Shown here one piece after another: positions 54,539-63,488 of a stretch of DNA of 64,000 bases; within the stretch, counting starts at the first letter, position 1; every line of letters starts with the position of its first letter. Origin of the DNA: an uncultured Candidatus Saccharibacteria bacterium (GTDB lineage: Bacteria > Patescibacteriota > Minisyncoccia > Minisyncoccales > GWA2-38-27); assembly GCA_964609075.1 (NCBI GenBank), contig CAZSQP010000002.1, positions 8,235-72,234 of the forward strand, read 5' to 3'. The position numbers were made by a program, and so were the translations under genes. The notes under the pieces were generated by a model. That model did no database searches, was not told the origin of the DNA, and was given only the letters and a program-made list of their open reading frames with translations.

Positions 54539-54594
54539 TTGGAAAACTGTGGGTTTCCAAAACCCATCTTCTAGGTTCGAGTCCTAGTACCCCC
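54523..54594 (+). tRNA. tRNA-Trp (CCA)
   Basis: Acceptor GGGGGTA/TACCCCC, anticodon arm TGGGT-TTCCAAA-ACCCA, T-arm CTAGG-TTCGAGT-CCTAG. Confidence 0.9.
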
Positions 54595-54649
54595 GCATTA
54601 CGAGAAGTTTCTCTTGACAGGAATAAGTATTTATCTTAAAAAGGAATTA

Positions 54650-54888
54650 GTACCCTCAAAGGAGAGAAGAGAATAGGAGGAAGAGTGGAAGACATGCCAT
54701 GGTGATTTTGTCCCGGTGTCTTCGTTTGAGACTTGTTGGGGGACTCTTTTCCCTCGCTCTTAGGCTCCCAATCGGTCAACAGGCTTGTAAAGCTATGCTC
54801 TTCAGAGGTATTGTTGCCTCACTTCTATTCTTTTCTCTCCAATTAAGATTTCAAAGAGGGTCTTTCTTTTAAGACCCTCCTTTTTATT
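54650..54888 (+). ncRNA. Candidate structured small RNA (rod-like, 6S-RNA-like in size and shape)
   Basis: Non-coding interval with its own TTGACA-17-taaaaa promoter (54614-54642) and a strong terminator (gagggtctt/aagaccctc + T-run, 54856-54888). The 5' arm ggagagaagagaatag (54661-) pairs with the 3' arm ctattcttttctctcc (-54840), closing a ~180-nt imperfect rod. Confidence 0.5.
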
Positions 54889-54947
54889 GACAGAATATTT
54901 TTTAAGCTTAAACTTAATAATAGTTCTTTAGATAAAAGGAGAAGGAA

Positions 54948-55292
54948 ATGCCTCAAAAAGGGATGATAAAGTTTGGAGAAGTTTTAAAAAGCTTATTAGA
55001 AGCTAGAGGTTGGAGTCCTGAAGAATTTGCCTCCAAACTGAGTTTTAGTTCTAGACAAGATATTGCTGATTATATCTCCGGGAGTAAAATCCCTAGTGTT
55101 AATCAGCTTAGGGAAATGACAGTAGTTCTTAAGGTGACTTTTCATGTTCTTTCTTGGTGGCTTGAGAGAAAACCTCCAGAGGAACTCGAACCTGACTTAA
55201 GGGAATTATTGACTAATATTGATAAACTAATGAGTCGTCAGGTTGAGCTTTATGTTAAGATACTAGAAAGAAAGAGAGAAGAAGAAAAATAG
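54948..55292 (+). CDS. XRE-type helix-turn-helix protein with C-terminal coiled-coil
   Basis: GEVLKSLLEARGWSPEEFASKLSFSSRQDIADYISGSKIPSVNQL fits an HTH_XRE pattern. RBS aaaggagaagg upstream. Confidence 0.6.
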   Translation: MPQKGMIKFGEVLKSLLEARGWSPEEFASKLSFSSRQDIADYISGSKIPSVNQLREMTVVLKVTFHVLSWWLERKPPEELEPDLRELLTNIDKLMSRQVELYVKILERKREEEK

Positions 55293-55321
55293 AGCCCGTA
55301 CTTGAATACGGGCTTTTTATT
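55293..55321 (+). terminator. Rho-independent terminator after the HTH gene
   Basis: agcccgta / tacgggct stem followed by tttttatt. Confidence 0.75.
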
Positions 55322-55354
55322 GAAAAAAAGAGAAAATAAGGTATTATAAGGTAT

Positions 55355-55834
55355 ATGTCCGTATTAAAGATAAGAAAATTTAGAGACCCTATTTTAAGGA
55401 GAAAAGCTAAAAAGATAGATAGAATAGATCAGAAATTTGCTGACGACTTAGCAGAAACTATGCTTAAAAAAGACGGTATAGGACTAGCAGCTCCCCAGGT
55501 AGGAGTCTCAAAAAGAATCATAGCTATAGTTAATCCTCAAGAAGGGAAGCCTTTGGTTTTAATAAATCCTGAGATTATTAAAAAAAGTAAAGAAAAAGAA
55601 ATGGGAGAAGAAGGATGTTTAAGCTTTCCCGGCATATTTTTAAAGATAAATAGATCTAAGGGAATAGAGGCTAAAGCTTTAGATAGGAAAGGGGAAGAGA
55701 TAAGCTTTAAAGCTGAAGGATTGGCTGCTAGGGTAATACAGCATGAAGTAGACCATTTAGGCGGCATATTATTCTTTCACCGCTTATCTCCTTTTAAAAA
55801 GATTCTTTTTAAGATAAAACATCCTTTGTTATGA
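55355..55834 (+). CDS. def: Peptide deformylase
   Basis: GIGLAAPQVG, EGCLSFPG and QHEVDHLGG, the three PDF motifs. Confidence 0.94.
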   Translation: MSVLKIRKFRDPILRRKAKKIDRIDQKFADDLAETMLKKDGIGLAAPQVGVSKRIIAIVNPQEGKPLVLINPEIIKKSKEKEMGEEGCLSFPGIFLKINRSKGIEAKALDRKGEEISFKAEGLAARVIQHEVDHLGGILFFHRLSPFKKILFKIKHPLL

Positions 55835-56445
55835 GTTTGGTTGATAGTCTTATAAAAGAAGGATGGCTTAAAACAGATAAAGTAGTAGAGGCTTTTAAAA
55901 AGATAAAGAGAGAAGATTTTATGCCAGAGAATATGAAAAATCTGGCAGAAGTCAACGAAGCTCTTTCTATAGGAGAAGGACAGACTATTTCCCAGCCCTT
56001 AGTAGTAGCTTTCATGATAGAAAAGCTTGAGGTATCAGAAGGAGATAATGTTTTAGATATTGGATCTGGCTCTGGATGGACTACAGCTCTTTTATCTAAT
56101 ATTGTAGGAGAGAAAGGAAAAGTTATAGCTTTAGAGGTTGTTCCAAAATTAAAAGATTTTGGAGAGAAAAATGTTTCAAAATACAACTTTATCAAAAAAG
56201 GAATAGCTCAGTTTGTTCTAGCTGACGGAGCAGAAGGATTTAAAGATGAAGCTCCCTTTGATAGAATTTTAGTTTCGGCTGCAGTTCAAAATGAAATACC
56301 TCAGGTTTGGAAAGAGCAACTTAAAGAAGGGGGTGTGATTGTAACTCCTGTCAGAAACTCTATTTTGGTTTTAAAGAAAAAAGAAGGGGAGTTTAAAGAA
56401 GAGGAATATCCAGGTTTTTCTTTTGTTCCTCTAATTGAAAAATGA
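55831..56445 (+). CDS. pcm: Protein-L-isoaspartate O-methyltransferase
   Basis: GQTISQPLVVAFMIE, VLDIGSGSGWTTALL (SAM motif I) and DRILVSAA. Confidence 0.88.
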   Translation: MSLVDSLIKEGWLKTDKVVEAFKKIKREDFMPENMKNLAEVNEALSIGEGQTISQPLVVAFMIEKLEVSEGDNVLDIGSGSGWTTALLSNIVGEKGKVIALEVVPKLKDFGEKNVSKYNFIKKGIAQFVLADGAEGFKDEAPFDRILVSAAVQNEIPQVWKEQLKEGGVIVTPVRNSILVLKKKEGEFKEEEYPGFSFVPLIEK

Positions 56446-57467
56446 AACAGATAACAACCATCATTTCAATAATTATTTTATTTTCTATGGCTTTTTTGGC
56501 TACTGGAATTTATCTTCCTATTGATAAAGATTCTACAGAAGAAGTAGAGTTTTTTATTAAAAAAGGAGAGGGGGCAAAAGAAATATCTTTAAAATTAAAA
56601 GAACAGGGTTTAATAAGATGGAGCTCTCCTTTCCGTCTTTATGTTTTATTGAAGGGGATAAGCGGAGAGCTTAAGGCGGGGAGATATCTCCTTTTAAAAT
56701 CCAAGAATATTCCTAAGATAGCAGACAAGTTTTTTAGGGGTGATGTTATTAAAGAGAAAATTACTATTATTGAAGGATGGAACTTAAGGAATATAGGTTT
56801 TTATTTCGAGAACAAGGGAATGTTTATGGCAGAGGAGTTCTTTGAGAAAGCAGGCTTTCCAGCGGTAGATTATTATCAAGCTAGTGATTTACCAAGACCT
56901 TCATCTTTTAATTTAGGTTTTTGGAAAACAGATAGAGTGGGCTTTGAGGGCTTTCTTTTTCCCGATACCTATGAGATTTATCCTGATGCTTCTCTAAAAG
57001 AAATTATAGAGAAGATGATCGACAATTTTAATGAGAAGCTTTCTTTAGAACTCAGAGAAGAAATTGAAAGACAACAGAAAACTATTTTTGATATCGTGAC
57101 AATGGCTTCTTTAATAGAGAAAGAAGTTCGGACTTTAGAGGATAAAAAAATAGTATCTGGCATTCTTTGGAAGAGAATGGAAAACGATGTTCCTCTCCAG
57201 GTGGACGCTACCATAAGCTATGTTACAGGAAAAAAGAGTGTAAAGGTTTCTAGAGAGGAGACTAAGATAGATTCTCCTTTTAATACTTACAAATATAGAA
57301 GTCTTCCTTTGGGGCCCATTTGTAATCCGGGTTTAGAAAGTGTTAAAGCTGCTCTTTATCCTGAGGAAAGCGAGTTTTGGTACTATTTGTCTACTCCTGA
57401 AGGAGAAACCATATTTAGTAAAAGTTTATTAGAGCACAATAGGGCTAAGGCAAAATATCTGGATTAG
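56442..57467 (+). CDS. mltG: Endolytic murein transglycosylase MltG (YceG-like)
   Basis: N-terminal TM helix, ASLIEKE catalytic region, LQVDATISY and NTYKYRSLPLGPICNPG. Confidence 0.88.
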   Translation: MKQITTIISIIILFSMAFLATGIYLPIDKDSTEEVEFFIKKGEGAKEISLKLKEQGLIRWSSPFRLYVLLKGISGELKAGRYLLLKSKNIPKIADKFFRGDVIKEKITIIEGWNLRNIGFYFENKGMFMAEEFFEKAGFPAVDYYQASDLPRPSSFNLGFWKTDRVGFEGFLFPDTYEIYPDASLKEIIEKMIDNFNEKLSLELREEIERQQKTIFDIVTMASLIEKEVRTLEDKKIVSGILWKRMENDVPLQVDATISYVTGKKSVKVSREETKIDSPFNTYKYRSLPLGPICNPGLESVKAALYPEESEFWYYLSTPEGETIFSKSLLEHNRAKAKYLD

Positions 57468-57538
57468 GTTTTATTGTCTTTTATATCTTGTTATAATTAA
57501 ACAATGGTGGAAAATAAGAAAATAGCAAACAAATTAAA

Positions 57539-58150
57539 ATGAACCAGTCTTTTGATATTATAGCCAATCTCCCCGCTATTATTTTTGCTTTATTCTTCTT
57601 TGTTAGTTTTGTCTTATGTTTGTGGGGCGGTATCATTCTTTTAAGAAGAAGACCGGAAAAGATAGAGAAAGGAAGAAAGCTTTTAATGAGAGGCATTATT
57701 CTCTTTTTTATTGTAGTTTTGGTAACTTTAGTCTTCTATTTAGTCAATTATTTTTTACAGAGATGGTATCTTTCAAAAGCTATTACAGGAAGAGGAGAGT
57801 TTCCTGCTTCAGCTTCTGTAAATTTTCCTTCTCCTCCTGAGTTTATAAAAATAGAAGATCGTTATTTCAGAGGTCCTTATCCTATTTCCGAAATGTCTTT
57901 TATAGAAGATAATTGTATTTATGCTATTCTGTGTTCAAAAAATGAAGGATATGATAAAATATATATAGGAGAAGGAAGTAGGGTAAACCTTAAAGGTACT
58001 AGCATGAGATCCTGCTGGATTGAAAACTGCGATAATAATTTAGAAGTTGCTATCTTGTGGACACCCATTAAGACTTATACTCCTGCTGAAGCTAAAAATA
58101 TTAGAAGAGATATAGAAAAAAAGTTAAATCCTCCTTGTTTACAAAAATAA
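57539..58150 (+). CDS. Hypothetical membrane protein with Cys-containing extracytoplasmic domain
   Basis: 203-aa ORF with two TM helices followed by a ~120-aa domain. No motif recognised. Confidence 0.5.
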   Translation: MNQSFDIIANLPAIIFALFFFVSFVLCLWGGIILLRRRPEKIEKGRKLLMRGIILFFIVVLVTLVFYLVNYFLQRWYLSKAITGRGEFPASASVNFPSPPEFIKIEDRYFRGPYPISEMSFIEDNCIYAILCSKNEGYDKIYIGEGSRVNLKGTSMRSCWIENCDNNLEVAILWTPIKTYTPAEAKNIRRDIEKKLNPPCLQK

Positions 58151-58162
58151 AACAACATTAAA

Positions 58163-59320
58163 ATGAATACTTCTTTCTTAGACAAATTCACCATAGAAAG
58201 AAATCTTCTCTACATTATAATAGCTGCTGTTTTGATAGTTTTTGGCTTTATCTTTTATCTTTTTTATTCTCACTTTACAAAAGACATTGAAGTTATTTCT
58301 CCTGACGGAAGAGAAGAATGGCAGATAGGAGAGAGCTATAAAATTGAGTGGGAGTCCCAAGGTATAGATAGGGTAGGTATAGTTCTCTTTAAGGGGTCAG
58401 AACCCAAATGGATAGCTAAAAATGTTGTAGCAGAGAATGAAGAGTATAAGTGGAAAATACATGCTGGTCAAGACTATAGAGATGATTACTGGGTAGCTGT
58501 TTTTGAATATCCATGGCAGGAAGGGAATGTTATTGATTATTCAGACGGAGCTTTTGCTGTTGTCTTTCCTGAGTTTGCTACCTGTGATACAGTTTCTCTC
58601 CAGAGCGAATGGCCGTATATCCCCAGTGACTATCCTGGTTTTAGAAGAATCTTTATTACAGAAGAGAAGTATCAGGGCAATTTAGGAGGATTAACAGAAG
58701 CTGACAAAAAATGCCAGACCGAGGCTCAAAACCTAGGATATGATGGAGAGTGGATGGCTTTTATAGGAGGAGACAGCGACCAAGAAACAGCTCTCCAAAG
58801 AATTAGGGATACAGAAAGAGGTACGGAAGGTATCTTTGTAGAAGCTCAAGCAGAAGCTGTTCTCTTAAGAGGAGACACCTGCCATCGTCTTTTAGGTAAA
58901 AACTTTAGTGAGTTTTTAGAGAAGTTTTCAGCTGAGAAAGATTTGAATCAAGAGAGGTTAAGCGAGAACTTTTACCAGAAATTTGGTGAAGTTTGGTTGG
59001 GTAGGGTTACAGCTCAAAGTAAGAAGAACTGTGAAATAATATCTTCTGTTGCTTCAGACCCTTATACCAATCTATCTGAAAAATATTCTTTTACTACTAC
59101 TTGTCAAAGTTGGACTGAATCAGATAAATTTGTAGAGGGTTATCCTGTTCCCGCAGGAAGCTCTAAGCCTTCTTTTCCTACTTGTTATACACCCCAAGGG
59201 AAATCAACAGATGCTGTAGCATCAGGCGCTTTAGGGCTTGGTCAAACAGATAGTAAATTTACTCCTTTTCAAGGAAAATACTGTAGTTCTCAGCAGAGAC
59301 TAATATGTATTGAGAAGTAG
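58163..59320 (+). CDS. Hypothetical membrane-anchored, Cys-rich extracytoplasmic protein
   Basis: 385-aa ORF with an N-terminal TM anchor. The segment FITEEKYQGNLGGLTEADKKC resembles, from memory, the DUF1554-type motif. Low certainty. Confidence 0.5.
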   Translation: MNTSFLDKFTIERNLLYIIIAAVLIVFGFIFYLFYSHFTKDIEVISPDGREEWQIGESYKIEWESQGIDRVGIVLFKGSEPKWIAKNVVAENEEYKWKIHAGQDYRDDYWVAVFEYPWQEGNVIDYSDGAFAVVFPEFATCDTVSLQSEWPYIPSDYPGFRRIFITEEKYQGNLGGLTEADKKCQTEAQNLGYDGEWMAFIGGDSDQETALQRIRDTERGTEGIFVEAQAEAVLLRGDTCHRLLGKNFSEFLEKFSAEKDLNQERLSENFYQKFGEVWLGRVTAQSKKNCEIISSVASDPYTNLSEKYSFTTTCQSWTESDKFVEGYPVPAGSSKPSFPTCYTPQGKSTDAVASGALGLGQTDSKFTPFQGKYCSSQQRLICIEK

Positions 59321-59365
59321 GGGTTGACAAATTATTTTAAAAAAGTAAGATAGGAATATATAATT

Positions 59366-59440
59366 TAAGCCGCAGACAATGGGTATCTTTCTAGAGTAAA
59401 ACCCATCGAGGTAATATGTTTTTGTGCTGTCTGTGGTGAC
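59366..59440 (+). promoter_or_regulatory. Ribosomal protein L10 leader-like structure upstream of rplJ
   Basis: Outer stem gccgcagaca / tgtctgtggt (10 bp, two G-U pairs) encloses the inner hairpin atgggt..acccat. Sits between a TTGACA box (59324-59329) and the rplJ start. Confidence 0.5.
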
Positions 59441-59451
59441 AGCTATTTTTT

Positions 59452-59973
59452 ATGGCTAAAACAAAAAAAGAAAAACAAGAAATTTTAGAGGAGATAAAAA
59501 AAGATCTGGAAAATCAGCAGGCTTTGGTTTTTATTAACTATTCCGGCTTGAAAGCTGACGATATATTTGATCTTAGAGAAGAGCTTAAAGAAGCAGGATG
59601 TTCTCTTAAAGTAGTTAAAAAGACTTTGGCTAAAATGGCCTTCAAAGAGAAAGGATTAGAGATTAAAGACGAGAATTTGGAAGGACAGTTAGCTGTTATC
59701 TTTGGTTTTGAAGATCCTGTTATGCCAGCTAAAATACCCTATAATTTATCTAAAGAAAACGAAAACCTTGAGATATTGGGAGGATTCTTAGAGAAAGAGT
59801 ATAAAGGACCGGAAGAAATAATTACATTAGCCAGGATTCCTTCAAAAGATGAACTTTTGGCAAAGGTCGTGGGGAGCATATCAGCTCCAATTTCTAATTT
59901 TGTAAGAGTGTTGCAAGGCAATTCAAGGTCTTTGGTTTATGCTTTGACAGCTATTAAAAATTCTAAAAGCTAA
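59452..59973 (+). CDS. rplJ: 50S ribosomal protein L10
   Basis: [34 protein letters not shown]. Followed by rplL. Confidence 0.92.
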   Translation: MAKTKKEKQEILEEIKKDLENQQALVFINYSGLKADDIFDLREELKEAGCSLKVVKKTLAKMAFKEKGLEIKDENLEGQLAVIFGFEDPVMPAKIPYNLSKENENLEILGGFLEKEYKGPEEIITLARIPSKDELLAKVVGSISAPISNFVRVLQGNSRSLVYALTAIKNSKS

Positions 59974-59977
59974 AATT

Positions 59978-60484
59978 ATGGCAGAAGAAAAAAAAGAAGA
60001 AACTCCTGAAAAGGAGGAGAAAAAAGAAGAGACCCCCAAAGAAGAAAAGAAAGAGGAAGCTCCTAAAGAAGAGGAAGAAGAGAAAGAAGAAGTAGAAGTC
60101 CCTGACAAGTTTAAAGACTTAGTAGAAAAGATTGAAGGATTAAGTGTTCTTGATCTAGCAGAACTGGTTGGGATTTTAGAGAAGAAGTTTGGTGTTTCAG
60201 CTTCAGCTCCTGTAGCTGTAGCTCCAGCTGGAGCTCAAGGCGGGGGAGAGGAAGCCGAAGAGAAATCAGAATTTAATGTGGTCCTCAGCTCTATAGGAGA
60301 AAAGAAGATAGAAGTTATTAAAGTGGTGAGAGATATTACCCAGAAAGGATTAAAAGACGCTAAGGATTTAGTTGATTCTGCAGCTTCAGAGCCTCAGACT
60401 ATAAAGGAGGGAGTTAAGAAAGAAGAGGCAGAAGAGATGAAAAAGAAGTTTGAAGAAGCGGGAGCTAAGGTAGAATTGAAGTAA
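59978..60484 (+). CDS. rplL: 50S ribosomal protein L7/L12 with ~40-aa Lys/Glu-rich N-terminal extension
   Basis: Canonical part [19 protein letters not shown]...[26 protein letters not shown]...EAGAKVELK. No alternative start codon is present near the canonical N-terminus. Confidence 0.92.
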   Translation: MAEEKKEETPEKEEKKEETPKEEKKEEAPKEEEEEKEEVEVPDKFKDLVEKIEGLSVLDLAELVGILEKKFGVSASAPVAVAPAGAQGGGEEAEEKSEFNVVLSSIGEKKIEVIKVVRDITQKGLKDAKDLVDSAASEPQTIKEGVKKEEAEEMKKKFEEAGAKVELK

Positions 60485-60504
60485 ATCTTATTTAAAAAAC
60501 AAAG

Positions 60505-60528
60505 AGCGCTTTTAGGCGCTTTTTGTTT
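60505..60528 (+). terminator. Terminator after rplL
   Basis: agcgc / gcgct short stem followed by ttttgtttt. Confidence 0.55.
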
Positions 60529-60588
60529 TGACATAGTTTTTTGATTTATGGTAGAAAACAATAAGGTCTTTTAAAAAAGGAGAAGGGA

Positions 60589-60828
60589 ATGGATGGTGCG
60601 ACAAGAGATCTGTTCTGGAAAATGGTCGATATGTTTGGTTTCGGTCCTGCGGCTTATCACTTCCGGCAGAAGATTGTTTGTAACGGCTTTTTAGAAGGAA
60701 AGAATATTTCTTTGGAAGATCTTAGAGAGATTTGGTTTATTGCTATTTCAGCTGGGGAAGATCAACTAGTCCAGCAAATTTCCGAGGAAATGGAAAGAAG
60801 AGCAAGAATAAAATTGGAGAATAATTAA
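60589..60828 (+). CDS. Small hypothetical protein (79 aa)
   Basis: ORF with RBS aaaggagaaggg upstream and a terminator hairpin downstream (gccggtgg..ccatcggc + T-run). No homology recognised. Confidence 0.45.
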   Translation: MDGATRDLFWKMVDMFGFGPAAYHFRQKIVCNGFLEGKNISLEDLREIWFIAISAGEDQLVQQISEEMERRARIKLENN

Positions 60829-60853
60829 GCCGGTGGTCTTTCCATCGGCTTTT

Positions 60854-62623
60854 TTATATCTCCAATCTGTAGATAGCGTCTCCGTTTAGGATTAGAATAT
60901 TTTTGTTGTTCTCTGAAATTTCCAAGTCTTTTAGGTTGTCAAAACTCTTACTATAAAATTGCTTTACAATCTCTCCTTTTTTGTCTGTTACAATCACTCT
61001 TTTCTGGGAGGGTTCTAAAAAAGCAAGATAGGGAAAATCCTTTTTAGTTTTTATTTTTTTTATGTCTTTGGGATAAGGGAAAAAGTTAAACTCTATTTTT
61101 TCTTTAAATTCTCCTTGGTAAAAGCGAAGTAGAGAATTGTTTTCGTTTAAAATCCAGACGGAGCTGTCAATAGCCATAGATTTTGGACTAGAACAAGGTC
61201 CTTTGTCCTTCATCCATTCTGAAGAACTGCTCCAGCTTTCTTTTCCTGTTTTGCTGTATTTTATTATCTCGCAGGTTTTTTTGTCTAAAAAGTAAACATT
61301 AGAAAGGTAAGAATCAGAAATATCAAAGCTGAATTCGAAAGAAGGGGGGATAAGATTATCAGGAGAAGGTTCAAAAAAGATAGATAGATCTATTTCTATT
61401 GTTTCTGGATTTTCGATTTCCTGAAAATTATTTACCTCTTTGAGGTTTTCCTCTGTTCTTTCTTTTAAAGATTGAGCTTTCTCTGTTTTGAAGGAAGATA
61501 ACTCTTCTAAAGCTTCTTTTAAAAGAGGCTCTGCTTTATCTTTCTCTTTAAAGAGAAGGAAGTTTTCAGCTTCTGATACTTTTTTTTCTATTTTTCCTAT
61601 ATCTTCTCTTTCTATCTTTTTGCTTTTCTGAGCTCCCTTAAAAAGAAGAAATCCTATTATTAGAATTAAAACCAGGAATAGTATTAAAAGAATATTTCTT
61701 TCTATTTTAAAGACTCTTATTGACTTCTTAATAGCTGTTAGAGCTGAAGCTATATTTGAATAGAAGACGAACTTTTCTTTTTTCTTTTTCTTCTTGACTT
61801 TCTTTTTTTTCTTAAAAGAAGGTTTTAACTCTTTTATTTTAGAAAAATTCTTTTTTGTTTTTTTAAAGGGTTTTATAACGGGTTTGAATATATGAAAGAA
61901 GGATGTTTTTTTCTCTGGGGCGTAGACTTTCTTTCCAGAAAAATTCTTTTCTTCTTTTAAAAAGGCAGCAAAGCAGATACCAGAGATTTCAGATCCTTCT
62001 CCTTTGGTAAAAAGACGATTTGGGATCTGCTTTTTTATTTCTTTTGGATCATAATTTTCCAGTTCTGATATTTTGCTGATAACCTCTTTCGATTTTAAGA
62101 AGTCATAGACCTCTCTTGTTAAAACGAGAATAAGGTCGTTTTCTAATAGTTTTCCATGAACTGTATTGAAGAATATTTTTAAAGGATAAGGCTCCATTTC
62201 TCTTGATCCTAATTCTTGTGTAATATCTGTAACTTCTCCCTTTCTGACTAAAATAACCTTTATATCCCCAGTTTCTGTAAAGTTGAGCTTAAAGTTCTTT
62301 AAAGACAAAGCAGTAAAACTTAAGTTTCCCATCCATTTAACGTTGTCTTTTTTAACTTCTTCTGACAGAAAGTCATTAGCTTTTTTAAGAGCTTCATTTA
62401 GGGCTTTGTCAGGGGATTTGGAGGCTAGCTTGTAATAGTTCTTTTTTATCTCTTTAGCTAAACTGTTTAAAAGTTTGTAGCTTTTAGGAGTTGCATTCTT
62501 AATTTCTCCTACAAGATAAAGACTGCCCAATCTTTTTTCATATATGTTCTCTGGTTCAAAGATAAAAGAGTCAAAAGCCCTTTCTTCTTTTTTAGGATTA
62601 AAATGGAGTTCTAAAAGCTTCAT
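60854..62623 (-). CDS. Large hypothetical single-pass membrane protein
   Basis: 589-aa ORF with a central Lys-rich stretch (KKKKKVKKKKKKEK) followed by a TM helix (ILLILFLVLILIIGFLLF). No catalytic motif recognised. Confidence 0.5.
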   Translation of the reverse strand: MKLLELHFNPKKEERAFDSFIFEPENIYEKRLGSLYLVGEIKNATPKSYKLLNSLAKEIKKNYYKLASKSPDKALNEALKKANDFLSEEVKKDNVKWMGNLSFTALSLKNFKLNFTETGDIKVILVRKGEVTDITQELGSREMEPYPLKIFFNTVHGKLLENDLILVLTREVYDFLKSKEVISKISELENYDPKEIKKQIPNRLFTKGEGSEISGICFAAFLKEEKNFSGKKVYAPEKKTSFFHIFKPVIKPFKKTKKNFSKIKELKPSFKKKKKVKKKKKKEKFVFYSNIASALTAIKKSIRVFKIERNILLILFLVLILIIGFLLFKGAQKSKKIEREDIGKIEKKVSEAENFLLFKEKDKAEPLLKEALEELSSFKTEKAQSLKERTEENLKEVNNFQEIENPETIEIDLSIFFEPSPDNLIPPSFEFSFDISDSYLSNVYFLDKKTCEIIKYSKTGKESWSSSSEWMKDKGPCSSPKSMAIDSSVWILNENNSLLRFYQGEFKEKIEFNFFPYPKDIKKIKTKKDFPYLAFLEPSQKRVIVTDKKGEIVKQFYSKSFDNLKDLEISENNKNILILNGDAIYRLEI

Positions 62624-62676
62624 TACTATATTATATAGCTTTACTTAGATAATTCAAAATTATAGAATGTTCTATT

Positions 62677-62749
62677 GGGCGCATGGCTCAGGGGTTGGAG
62701 CGCTATCTTCACACGATAGAGGTCTCTGGTTCGAATCCAGATGCGCCCA
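62677..62749 (+). tRNA. tRNA-Val (CAC)
   Basis: Acceptor GGGCGCA/TGCGCCC, anticodon arm CTATC-TTCACAC-GATAG, T-arm TCTGG-TTCGAAT-CCAGA. Followed by the hairpin agcccac..gtgggct + T-run. Confidence 0.92.
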
Positions 62750-62784
62750 CAAAAAAAGCCCACCTGTTAGTGTGGGCTTTTTGG

Positions 62785-63387
62785 TTATTCCGAGGAAGGA
62801 ATATTGTATCTTTGGCAGTACCCCCCAAGACTCTTAATAGAGAGATAAAGGACAACTGCCAGCATTGCGTCGAGAACGTAAACAAGGTACTGAAAAAGGT
62901 CTAGCTGCAGGTACTTGTCTACAGCCAGAAAAGAGAACCAAAAGGTTATGACGATAAACTCTGCGAACATTTTTACCTTTCCTGACCGGCTGGCTCCTAC
63001 ATCCCAACCCTTAATTGTTCCTACAAAACCTGCTATAAACAGGAAAAGTTCAATCATCATGATTCCTATTATTAAGGCAAGAGTTATGGTTGTTGCGAAA
63101 AAGAAATTTTCTTTTGGCCAGTGATACCAGAGGAGCAGGGGAAAGATCGAGCATACTAGCATCTTGTCTCGGATTCTGTCTAAAAGCTTTCCTACATCAC
63201 TTATAATATTAAACCTTCTTGCGATTTTTCCGTCTAAGTAGTCAGTGGCTCCCGCTATTAGAAAAAGCAGGAAGGCAAGAAAAAGCCTTTCGGGAGCACA
63301 GACTAGTACAATAATTAACCAGAGTACGAGAAAAAAACCGAACCCTGTAACTATATTAGCTAGGTTTTTCCAGATCCAGTTTTTCAT
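62785..63387 (-). CDS. CDP-alcohol phosphatidyltransferase (PgsA-like)
   Basis: Signature DYLDGKIARRFNIISDVGKLLDRIRDK, matching D(x)2DG(x)2AR(x)8G(x)3D(x)3D. Multi-pass membrane protein. Confidence 0.85.
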   Translation of the reverse strand: MKNWIWKNLANIVTGFGFFLVLWLIIVLVCAPERLFLAFLLFLIAGATDYLDGKIARRFNIISDVGKLLDRIRDKMLVCSIFPLLLWYHWPKENFFFATTITLALIIGIMMIELFLFIAGFVGTIKGWDVGASRSGKVKMFAEFIVITFWFSFLAVDKYLQLDLFQYLVYVLDAMLAVVLYLSIKSLGGYCQRYNIPSSE

Positions 63388-63488
63388 CTCATTTCCTTTC
63401 TTTTAAGGGGCTATTCTTTTTCTAGAATATTAATTTCTAAAAGTCAAATCCTTTTATTTTATTTTTTAAAAAGTTATAATGTATAAAG

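Noticed and set aside
62683-62904. 73-aa plus-strand ORF
   Set aside because: It starts inside tRNA-Val and continues antisense to the CDP-alcohol phosphatidyltransferase gene, so it is spurious.
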